Program-made: the position numbers and the translations under genes
Shown here: piece after piece, positions 8,768-16,865 of the stretch
Layout of the letters: each line of letters starts with the position of its first letter
Position numbering within the stretch: position 1 is the first letter of the stretch
Assembly: GCA_021735685.1 (NCBI GenBank)
Contig: JAIPGN010000005.1
Span: 1-54,652 of the forward strand
Source of the DNA: Patescibacteria group bacterium
Lineage (GTDB): Bacteria; Patescibacteriota; Patescibacteriia; UBA2591; UBA6264
Direction: 5' to 3'
DNA: 54,652 nucleotides
The notes under the pieces: model-generated
Told to the model about the DNA's origin: nothing
The model's input: the letters and a program-made list of their open reading frames with translations, nothing else
Databases searched by the model: none

Positions 8768-9943
8768 ATGTTAATAACCAATCAACAAATCATTGAGGGG
8801 ATTAATCGTAAAAATAAAAAAAATCCCCTTTGGTATATTACTCGGGAACGAGAGCGGGGCCAAGGACTAGAAAGAGTCCTTGAAAATTACAAAATAATTA
8901 CATCCTCTCAGCCGCAAAGTACTTTTCAAATTATTAAATCTCTGAAAGTAAAACCAAATCAGAAAATTATAGTTTTCAAAAATACTCCCCAAATTCAAAG
9001 AATAGCGCACGAAAAAAATATTAAACTGCTGAACCCTCCGGTGAATTTAGTGGAAAAATACGAAAATAAAATTAGTCAATATCATTGGTTAAAAAAAATT
9101 ATTCCCGATTATCTCCCCTCTACTATTATTACTATTCCTCAAGAAAAAAAATATCTAGAATTAAAAAAAGAAATTGGCGAAAAATTTATCTGCCAATTTA
9201 ATCATGGTCACAGTGGAAAAGGAACTCAAATTATTTCCAATCAGAAAAATTGGGGAAAATTACAAAAAAAATTTCCCAAAAGGCCGGTGCGCCTCTCTCA
9301 ATTAATTGAAGGAGAAAGCTTCACTATCAACGTCTGTCTTTGGGGAGATTGCATCTTGTTGGGTAACCCCAGCTATCAAATTACTGGTTTACCAGAATGC
9401 ACCGACTTTCCTTTTGCTACTATTGGCAACGACTGGCATTATGCCAACCAAAATCTTTCTGCTTCAGATTACAAAAAAATAAAAGCAATTTGCCAAAAAA
9501 TAGGAAAATTCATGAACTCAGATGGATGGCAAGGTTTATTTGGACTAGATTTTGTCAGAAACAAAAAAAAAGATTGGAAGGTAATTGAAGTTAATGCTCG
9601 TCAAGCGGCCTCTGTTAATCTAGAAACAATTTTTCAACAAAAAAGCGGACCAGGCTTAAGTATCTTGACCGCCCATTTCGCTGCTTTACTTAAAATACCT
9701 TTAAGGCTCAACCAGAAACAAATTGAAAGATCAGTGCAAGAAATAAAAGAAGGGGCTCGCATTTTAATTAGAAAAAAGAAAAAACAAAATACCAAAAAAA
9801 TAAAAAAGCTTTGGCCAGAAAGTGAGATCAAGAAAATTAAAATTAACGAAATTATTGGCTCTTGGCCAACCGCCCGTGGCGGATTCATTAAAGTCCACAA
9901 CCAATGGAATTCAAAAGCAAAGGAACTGTTAAGGGAGATGTAG
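8768..9943 (+). CDS. ATP-grasp domain ligase
   Basis: ENK, GHSGKGT glycine loop, GLFGLDF..VIEVNAR (ExN metal motif). Confidence 0.8.
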   Translation: MLITNQQIIEGINRKNKKNPLWYITRERERGQGLERVLENYKIITSSQPQSTFQIIKSLKVKPNQKIIVFKNTPQIQRIAHEKNIKLLNPPVNLVEKYENKISQYHWLKKIIPDYLPSTIITIPQEKKYLELKKEIGEKFICQFNHGHSGKGTQIISNQKNWGKLQKKFPKRPVRLSQLIEGESFTINVCLWGDCILLGNPSYQITGLPECTDFPFATIGNDWHYANQNLSASDYKKIKAICQKIGKFMNSDGWQGLFGLDFVRNKKKDWKVIEVNARQAASVNLETIFQQKSGPGLSILTAHFAALLKIPLRLNQKQIERSVQEIKEGARILIRKKKKQNTKKIKKLWPESEIKKIKINEIIGSWPTARGGFIKVHNQWNSKAKELLREM

Positions 9944-10647
9944 ATAAAGAGAAAAGAAGACTTTCTCTTTCACCTTCAGCCCAAGCAGTAATTAATTCTT
10001 ATCTAAAAATGAAAATTGGCAACAAAATTATTGCTTGCCCTTATTTCATTAATCGGCAAGGCGCAAAAGCTGCCTTGCGTGTTTTTTTAGGAAAAGCCTC
10101 ATCTCAAGAAATTAAAGAAGAGATAGAAATGATCGCTCAACAAAAAGAAATTGATTTAAACCAAATGAGCGAAGAAGAAATCTATCAACTCTTGAAGTCC
10201 AAAAGACTGGGCATTGATTGTTCTGGCCTAGTGGTTCATATCTTAAAAGCGGAATATCAAGAGCGCAAAAATATCAACATTCTCCGCCGAATTTACATTA
10301 CCGCCCCTTGGAAGAATCCTTGGCGTTACTTTATTTCTCGTTTCCGTCCCATTGAAAACATTAGCGTCCGCGTCTTAGCTCATCCTTATAACAGTCGGAT
10401 AGTTAAAAATCCAGAAAAAATTCAAGCTGGAGACTTAATTATCTACCAAAGCCTTAAACATGTTCTTTTAATAGAAGAAATAAAATTAAATCAAGAAAAA
10501 ACTATTAAAGAAATCAAAATTATTCACGCTCAAAGAATGAGCCCCGAAGAAGAAGGAGCTCGAGTTAAAAGAATAACTTACTCTTTTTCTGAATTAAAGA
10601 AAAAAATAGAACAAGGCGAAATAATTCTTCGTCGTTTAAAATTCTAA
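9904..10647 (+). CDS. NlpC/P60-like cysteine peptidase, no signal peptide
   Basis: GIDCSGLV catalytic Cys motif, then AGDLI..KHVLL His. Start uncertain (overlaps the upstream gene by 40 nt). Confidence 0.7.
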   Translation: MEFKSKGTVKGDVDKEKRRLSLSPSAQAVINSYLKMKIGNKIIACPYFINRQGAKAALRVFLGKASSQEIKEEIEMIAQQKEIDLNQMSEEEIYQLLKSKRLGIDCSGLVVHILKAEYQERKNINILRRIYITAPWKNPWRYFISRFRPIENISVRVLAHPYNSRIVKNPEKIQAGDLIIYQSLKHVLLIEEIKLNQEKTIKEIKIIHAQRMSPEEEGARVKRITYSFSELKKKIEQGEIILRRLKF

Positions 10648-10649
10648 AT

Positions 10650-11777
10650 ATGGACTTCTTGTATCAAAATTTATTAACTACCATCCTTTTCTTTATTATC
10701 TTTTCTTCGTTGATTGCTTTTGTTTTAGCGCCCCTGATCATTCATCTACTTTACAAATTGAAGATTCAAAGGAAAATGGAACTAGACCCCTCTTTGCAGG
10801 CAAATCAAAAGAGGGTAAAAAAGGCAGGCACTCCTATCATGGGAGGATTGTTGATTATCATCACTATTTTAATCGTCACCCTGCTTTTTAATTTTGAACA
10901 AAAATTTACCTATGTTCCGATTGGCGTTATGGGTCTCTCCGCGCTCTTGGGAGGAATAGATGACTTACTTAATGTTTTTGGGCAAAAAAGGAAAATTCGT
11001 TCCCTAAAATTAACTCTAAAATTAATTCGCTGCCATCGCAATAAATTTTATCGCCTCTGGCTAATTGTTACTATTCCTTGGATTATTTTTCGCAATACTT
11101 TTTTAATACTCAGCTCGCATCCTACTCGCGGCGTTTTACCTCATGAGAAAATAATTCTTCAACTGATTACTGGCTTAATCACTGCCTGGTGGATAGTCTT
11201 TAAACTCGGCAATCAATGGCTTTATATCTGGGTCCCTTTTAATGGAGAAATTTATCTTGGCTATTGGATGATCCCAGTAGTGGTTTTTACAGTCATGTTT
11301 TTCGCCAATGCTGTTAACATCTCTGATGGCCTAGACGGCTTATCGGGCGGAGTACTTCTTTCTGCCTTTGGCGGTCTAGCAATTATTAGTTTTTTGCAAA
11401 ATAATGCTCATTTTGCCATTTTAAACGCCACAGCTATTGGCGCTTTAATCGCTTATATTTATTTTAATATCAAGCCAGCTCGTTTTCAAATGGGAGACAT
11501 TGGCTCCCTTAGTATGGGCGCTTTGTTTGCGGTAACTGCTTTAGCCCAAAACAGACTTTTAATTATTCCCTTTTTCGGCTTTATTTTTATCGTAGAAATT
11601 TTTTCCGTTATTCTTCAAATCATTTGGCGGCACTTGCTCGGCAAAAGACTCTTCAAGATGGCCCCCTTGCATCATCATTTAGAATGCTTGGGATGGAGTG
11701 AAGAGAAAATAGTAATGCGTTTTTGGATTATTAATTTATTCATGATGTTCTTTGGATTATGGATGGCCATGCCTTAG
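10650..11777 (+). CDS. mraY: Phospho-MurNAc-pentapeptide transferase MraY (with loop insertion)
   Basis: KAGTPIMGG, GIDD, NAVNISDGLDGL, QMGDIGS, KMAPLHHHLE. Confidence 0.9.
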   Translation: MDFLYQNLLTTILFFIIFSSLIAFVLAPLIIHLLYKLKIQRKMELDPSLQANQKRVKKAGTPIMGGLLIIITILIVTLLFNFEQKFTYVPIGVMGLSALLGGIDDLLNVFGQKRKIRSLKLTLKLIRCHRNKFYRLWLIVTIPWIIFRNTFLILSSHPTRGVLPHEKIILQLITGLITAWWIVFKLGNQWLYIWVPFNGEIYLGYWMIPVVVFTVMFFANAVNISDGLDGLSGGVLLSAFGGLAIISFLQNNAHFAILNATAIGALIAYIYFNIKPARFQMGDIGSLSMGALFAVTALAQNRLLIIPFFGFIFIVEIFSVILQIIWRHLLGKRLFKMAPLHHHLECLGWSEEKIVMRFWIINLFMMFFGLWMAMP

Positions 11778-12859
11778 ACAATCAATCCTTTAATTTAAAA
11801 AACAAAAAAGTCCTCATTTACACCGGGGACACTTTTGGTTTAGAAGCTCGAAAAAAATTACCCAGCCGACCCAAAACGGCCGATGGAATTTTGCGTTACG
11901 CCCAATACAATATTGTCGGCCTAGTTGACTCTCATTGCTCAAAAAAATTCACCAACCAAATTCTCCCCGACCTCAAAAATAAAATTCCTATTTTTAAAAC
12001 CATTAACGAAGCACAGAAAAAAACATCTGCCCAAGTTTTAATCATTGGGGTAGCCCCTCAAAAGGGAGAAGTTCCTATGAGTTTTACTCGGGAAATAGTT
12101 AAAGCCTTAGAGAATAATCTCGATTTAGTGAGTGGCTTACATCAGCCGCTTTCTTCTTTTTCCTCTATACTAAAAGCCGCTCAAAAAAACTCTCGAAAAA
12201 TATGGGAAGTACGCTACCCTCCACAAAAATTACCCCTAGCTAGCTGCCAAACTTATAAAATCAAAAAACCAATTATACTTACCATTGGCACTGATGCTGC
12301 CTTGGGTAAATTAACCACCACCTACGAAATGTTCCAAAAGGCACGCGCAAAATATCAAGCAGCCTTAATCCCTACAGGACAAACTAGCGTTATTATTGAA
12401 GGCTGGGGAATCTGCGTTGATAAATGTGCTGGTGATTTTATGGCCGGAGCAGTAGAAAAAATGATTCTCCAAAAAGAAAAACAAGAAAATCCAGACTTAT
12501 ATTTTGTAGAAGGACAAGGTTCCCTTGCTCATCCAGCTTTCTCTACCACGGCTATTGCTTTAATGCATGGTGCCTGCCCCACTCACTTAGTCTTGGTTCA
12601 CCGGCCGGCCCGGAAAAGAATGACTCATTGCTCACTCTTGCCAACACCTAGTATCAAAAAATCTATAGAAATAGCAGAAAAAATAATTCTTCCTTCTTAT
12701 TTGAAAAGTAAAGTAGTAGCTATTAGTTTAAATACTCAAGGGATGAACGATAACGAAGCCAAAGAAGAAATTAAAAAAATAAAAAAAGAAACTAATTTGC
12801 CCACTACTGACCAAATTCGTTTTCCTCAAAATTGGACCGAACTATTCTTGAAAAATTAA
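11759..12859 (+). CDS. DUF1611 family protein (Rossmann-like plus P-loop-like domains)
   Basis: KTADGILRY, IIGVAP..G, LTIGTDAALGKLTT, TGQT, VEGQGSL.HPA..ALMHGA.P pattern. Confidence 0.8.
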   Translation: MDGHALDNQSFNLKNKKVLIYTGDTFGLEARKKLPSRPKTADGILRYAQYNIVGLVDSHCSKKFTNQILPDLKNKIPIFKTINEAQKKTSAQVLIIGVAPQKGEVPMSFTREIVKALENNLDLVSGLHQPLSSFSSILKAAQKNSRKIWEVRYPPQKLPLASCQTYKIKKPIILTIGTDAALGKLTTTYEMFQKARAKYQAALIPTGQTSVIIEGWGICVDKCAGDFMAGAVEKMILQKEKQENPDLYFVEGQGSLAHPAFSTTAIALMHGACPTHLVLVHRPARKRMTHCSLLPTPSIKKSIEIAEKIILPSYLKSKVVAISLNTQGMNDNEAKEEIKKIKKETNLPTTDQIRFPQNWTELFLKN

Positions 12860-12935
12860 ACTATTAAGAATTGAGTACACTAAATCATGTTAATCACTAC
12901 TCAAGAACACTAAGCATTAATATTTTTAAAACTTT

Positions 12936-14345
12936 ATGAAACATATTCATTTTATCGGCATTTGCGGAGTAGGTATGGGATCTTTAGCAATTATGTTCAA
13001 AAAAATGGGATGGAAAGTTACAGGTTCAGATAAAGGATTTTTTTCTCCAATGAGCAATCATTTGCGCCAAGCAAAAATAGATTTTTATCCCGGTTGGCAT
13101 CCAGAAAAAATGAAAAAACCAGATCTAATAGTAATGGGAAACTTTGCTTCTTTACATAATCCAGAATATCTTTACGCTCAAGAAAAAAAAATTACTATTA
13201 AATCTTTCCCCGAATTGGTGCAAGAATATATCATTAAAGAAAACTCCATTGTGGTAACCGGAACCTATGCCAAAACCACCATCACCTCTTTTTTGGCCCA
13301 CCTTTTAAAAATAGCCGAGAAAGACCCCAGTTGGTTTGTGGGTGGTTTAGCTCTTAATCTTGCTAACGGAGCTCACTGTGGTAAAGGTGAATGGAGTATA
13401 GTAGAAGGAGATGAGTACAGCACGGCTCGTTGGGATCTTCGCTCCAAATTTTTCTGGTATCAACCCACTCACCTTTTAATTACTTCTGTAATTTGGGATC
13501 ATTTTGACATTTTTCCTCAGAAAGAAAAATATTTAGACGCTTTTCGAAAATTAACCAAAGCCCTTCCTTCTCATGGTCAAATTTTAGCTAATCAAAAAAC
13601 CAGACCCGATAACCATATTGAAGAAATAATTAAAAAAACTTCATCGCCAGTCAAACGTTATGGAAAATTAAACCCTAAAAACAATAATGATTATTCTTAT
13701 CAAATAAATTCTTTTTCTCCCCAAAAAACTATTTTTACCGTCTATAAAAAAAATCAAGAATGGAGCTCATTTTCCACTAATTTATTTGGGGAACACATGA
13801 TCGAAAATTTAACTGCTGGAATTGCTCTCGGAGACTTAATTGGTATCGAGAAAGAAAAAATAAAAAAAGCAGTATCCTCTTTTCAGGGAGTAAAACGTCG
13901 CCTTGAGCTCCGAGGAAATAAAAAAAATATTTTAATTTTTGACGATTTGGCTCATTCTCCCAGTAAGGCTCAAGGCTCTTTAAAAGCCTTACGGCTATAT
14001 TTCCCTCAGGCCAGAATTATCGCCATCTACGAACCCAATGTCGGTAACCGGACTTTAAGTAGTAAAAAATTTTATCGAGACTCTTTCAATCAAGCTGATT
14101 GGGTTATCATTCCCCGATTATCAAAAACCAAAACTAACGCTCAGCAAGAAAAACGTTTGGACGGCGAAGAACTGGCCAAAACTATTAAAGAAAAAAATAA
14201 AAAAACTCTAAGAGTTTCTTATTTCAATAAAGACGATCAATTGGTTGAATCTGTTAAGAAAAAAGTAAAGCCTCAAGATGTAGTCATCTTCTTGGGCTCA
14301 CACAGTTTCAGAGGAATGATTGAAGAGCTGATAACTGAAATTTAA
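12936..14345 (+). CDS. Mur ligase of the Mpl/MurC type
   Basis: HIHFIGICGVGMGSLA, VTGTYAKTTITS, EGDEY, DHFD, GVKRRLE, DDLAHSP. The GICG start and the DD-x-AH motif resemble Mpl (DDFAHHP). Confidence 0.8.
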   Translation: MKHIHFIGICGVGMGSLAIMFKKMGWKVTGSDKGFFSPMSNHLRQAKIDFYPGWHPEKMKKPDLIVMGNFASLHNPEYLYAQEKKITIKSFPELVQEYIIKENSIVVTGTYAKTTITSFLAHLLKIAEKDPSWFVGGLALNLANGAHCGKGEWSIVEGDEYSTARWDLRSKFFWYQPTHLLITSVIWDHFDIFPQKEKYLDAFRKLTKALPSHGQILANQKTRPDNHIEEIIKKTSSPVKRYGKLNPKNNNDYSYQINSFSPQKTIFTVYKKNQEWSSFSTNLFGEHMIENLTAGIALGDLIGIEKEKIKKAVSSFQGVKRRLELRGNKKNILIFDDLAHSPSKAQGSLKALRLYFPQARIIAIYEPNVGNRTLSSKKFYRDSFNQADWVIIPRLSKTKTNAQQEKRLDGEELAKTIKEKNKKTLRVSYFNKDDQLVESVKKKVKPQDVVIFLGSHSFRGMIEELITEI

Positions 14346-14346
14346 G

Positions 14347-14511
14347 TTATTTTCCTTCGTCAATTACCTCTAAGTCAACACGTTCACCATTAATGCTGGT
14401 CACTTCTAGGGTAACACCACAAGTGTTACACTCGATAATGCTCCCCTCTTCTATTTCTGAAGGATCGTCAACATTAATATTGTTTTTACATTCTGGGCAA
14501 AATAATTTCAT
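14347..14511 (-). CDS. LysW-like zinc-ribbon small protein (amino-group-carrier fold), C-terminus DEGK
   Basis: Manual translation MKLFCPECKNNINVDDPSEIEEGSIIECNTCGVTLEVTSINGERVDLEVIDEGK (54 aa): CPEC..CxxCG.TLEV, acidic. Missed by the ORF track. Confidence 0.8.
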   Translation of the reverse strand: MKLFCPECKNNINVDDPSEIEEGSIIECNTCGVTLEVTSINGERVDLEVIDEGK

Positions 14512-14551
14512 ATTAATATTTTAGAAAAAAAGAATTTAATGTCAAGCTTTC

Positions 14552-15430
14552 ATGAAGTCGACTCCGCAAAAAAAATATCCCAATCTGGCTCAAATCCTAA
14601 AAGTTCCTGAAGTTTGGATCAAAGAAGAATACCTTAATAAGTCCGGTTCTCATAAAATCAGATTAATTAATTTTCTTTTTCAAAAATATGTTCGTCAAGG
14701 AAAAAAAGATTTTACCATCTCTTCTTCCGGGAATGCCGCAATTGCCGCAGCCTATTATCTCCAGAAAATCAAAAACCCTCAACTGAATTTAAGTATTTTT
14801 ATTTCGCCTCAAATTGAAAAATCTAAATGGCAACGTTTACTTAAGGTTTGCAATTCTTCTCCGCAAATAAAAATTAAAAAAGCTCGAAGACCAAAACAAG
14901 AAGCCTTTATTTTTGCCCAAAAAAATAAAGCTATTTTTTTACGAGGATCAACCGAGCCACAAGCTGAAAAAGCTTATAAGGGCCTAGGTCAAGAAATGCA
15001 AAAAATTCCCAACCTACAAGCCATTTTTGTTCCTACTTCTTCGGGTCTAACCGCTTTAGGGGTTTCTTCTGCTCTTTCTCAAACAAAGAACAAAACAGAA
15101 ATTCATATTGTGCAAACTGCCAAAATTCATCCTTTTTCTGCAAACTTTGACTCTGAATTTAATCCTCAAGAGACCTCTTTGGCTTCGGCTATTGTGGATC
15201 AAGTCGGAAAAAGAAAAAAAGAAATTATAGAAATGGTCAAAAGAACAAAAGGTTGGGGCTGGACAATTAACGACCAAGAATTAAAAAATGCCCGAAAAAT
15301 TGTTGAATTAAATACAAACCTTGGTAAAATAAACTATGACAGTCTTTTATCAATCGCTGGACTAATCAAAGCGCAAAAAAATGGATGGAATTTTGAAAGA
15401 CCAGTTTGTTGCCTTTTTACCGGAATTTAG
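14552..15430 (+). CDS. PLP-dependent fold-type II enzyme (threonine/cysteine synthase-like)
   Basis: KEEYLNKSGSHK (Schiff-base Lys), SSSGNAA, VPTSSG phosphate loop, C-terminal TG. Confidence 0.8.
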   Translation: MKSTPQKKYPNLAQILKVPEVWIKEEYLNKSGSHKIRLINFLFQKYVRQGKKDFTISSSGNAAIAAAYYLQKIKNPQLNLSIFISPQIEKSKWQRLLKVCNSSPQIKIKKARRPKQEAFIFAQKNKAIFLRGSTEPQAEKAYKGLGQEMQKIPNLQAIFVPTSSGLTALGVSSALSQTKNKTEIHIVQTAKIHPFSANFDSEFNPQETSLASAIVDQVGKRKKEIIEMVKRTKGWGWTINDQELKNARKIVELNTNLGKINYDSLLSIAGLIKAQKNGWNFERPVCCLFTGI

Positions 15431-15452
15431 GATATTAAAATAAATTTAATTT

Positions 15453-16748
15453 ATGAATCTAGAAATTAAGGGAGACAAAAAATTAAAAGGAACGGTAGTC
15501 ACCAATACCTCTAAAAATGCCGCTATGGGCTTAATGGCTGCTAGCCTTTTAAACAAGGGAACAACTCTTTTGCGACAAGTACCAAAAATTGAAGAGGTTA
15601 ACAGAATGATTGAAGTTTTGAGTAGTTTGGGAGTAAAGATACAATGGGTTCAAGACAATAATTTAAAAATTATCCCTCCTTCAAAAATATCTTTAGAAAA
15701 ACTTAATAAAAAATCAGCTATTAAAACTAGAAGTATTATCATGCTTTTGGGTCCGCTGATCCATGAATTCAAAAAATTCAAATTACCCCAACCGGGCGGT
15801 TGCAAGCTTGGTCGCCGCACTGTACGTCCTCACTTGTTTGCCTTGGAAAATCTAGGAGTTAAAATCGAAACCCGCTCCAAATATTATGAAGTTGCTCGCC
15901 AAAAACTAAAAGCTGCGGAAATAGTTCTTTACGAATCTGGAGACACCACCACGGAAAACGTTATTATGGCCGCCGCCAAAATTCCAGGCAAAACTACAAT
16001 TAAATTAGCTTCAGCCAACTATCAGGTTCAAGATCTTTGTCATTTTCTTTCTCTTTTGGGAGTTAAAATTAAGGGCATTGGCACCACCACTCTTACTATC
16101 AATGGTCAGCCAGAAATTCACAAAAATATAGAATATCATTTAAGCGAAGATCCAATAGAAAGTATGTTTTTTTTAGCAGTGAGCGCCACCACCAACTCTC
16201 CTTTATTGATCAAAAGATGTCCGATTGATTTCCTTGAGCTAGAGCTTCTAAAACTAGAGAAAATGAATTTTAAATTCAAAATAATTAAGAGATATAAGGC
16301 TAAAAATAAATTTACTAACCTAGTAGATATTAAAACTTATCCTTCTCAATTACAAGCCTTAGAGGAAAAAATATACGCCCGACCCTTTCCTGGTCTAAAT
16401 ATTGATAATTTGCCCTTTTTTGTACCCATCGCCACTCAAGCTAAAGGACAAACTCTTATTCACGACTGGGTTTACGAACATCGAGCCATTTATTATACTG
16501 AATTATCAAAACTAGGAGCAAAAATAATTTTAGCCGACCCTTACCGAGTTTACATTGATGGCCCCAGCAAACTTAAAGCTGCGGAAATTATTTGCCCTTC
16601 TGCTCTCCGGCCAGCAACAATTATACTTATCGCCATGCTCAATGCTAAGGGAACCTCAATTTTACGCAACATCTATTCTATTAATCGTGGTTACGAAAAT
16701 CTGAGCGAACGCTTGAATAATTTAGGGGCAGAAATTAAAATAATATAA
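15453..16748 (+). CDS. murA: UDP-N-acetylglucosamine 1-carboxyvinyltransferase
   Basis: SKNAA, PGGCKLGRR (catalytic Cys), TENVIMAA, PFPG, RGYE. Confidence 0.92.
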   Translation: MNLEIKGDKKLKGTVVTNTSKNAAMGLMAASLLNKGTTLLRQVPKIEEVNRMIEVLSSLGVKIQWVQDNNLKIIPPSKISLEKLNKKSAIKTRSIIMLLGPLIHEFKKFKLPQPGGCKLGRRTVRPHLFALENLGVKIETRSKYYEVARQKLKAAEIVLYESGDTTTENVIMAAAKIPGKTTIKLASANYQVQDLCHFLSLLGVKIKGIGTTTLTINGQPEIHKNIEYHLSEDPIESMFFLAVSATTNSPLLIKRCPIDFLELELLKLEKMNFKFKIIKRYKAKNKFTNLVDIKTYPSQLQALEEKIYARPFPGLNIDNLPFFVPIATQAKGQTLIHDWVYEHRAIYYTELSKLGAKIILADPYRVYIDGPSKLKAAEIICPSALRPATIILIAMLNAKGTSILRNIYSINRGYENLSERLNNLGAEIKII

Positions 16749-16840
16749 AAACCGTTAAAAAATTGACGCTTTTAAAAAATCACCCCAAAAAACCTTTCTC
16801 TGAGTAGTTTTTAAAGAAGCAGTTTTTGGGGTCTGGTCCC
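16748..16840 (+). repeat. Dispersed intergenic repeat ending in the GGGGTCTGG(T/C)CCC palindrome
   Basis: CGTTAAAAAATTGACGCTTTT..GAAGCAGTTTTTGGGGTCTGGTCCC; homologous to 26547-26694 and to the reverse strand of 52344-52578. Confidence 0.8.
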
Positions 16841-16865
16841 AATTAAATTAACTAATTTTATTTAT

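Noticed and set aside
14347-14511. Canonical LysW lysine/arginine biosynthesis
   Set aside because: No EDWGE terminus and no lysX/Z/Y/J/K genes in the window.
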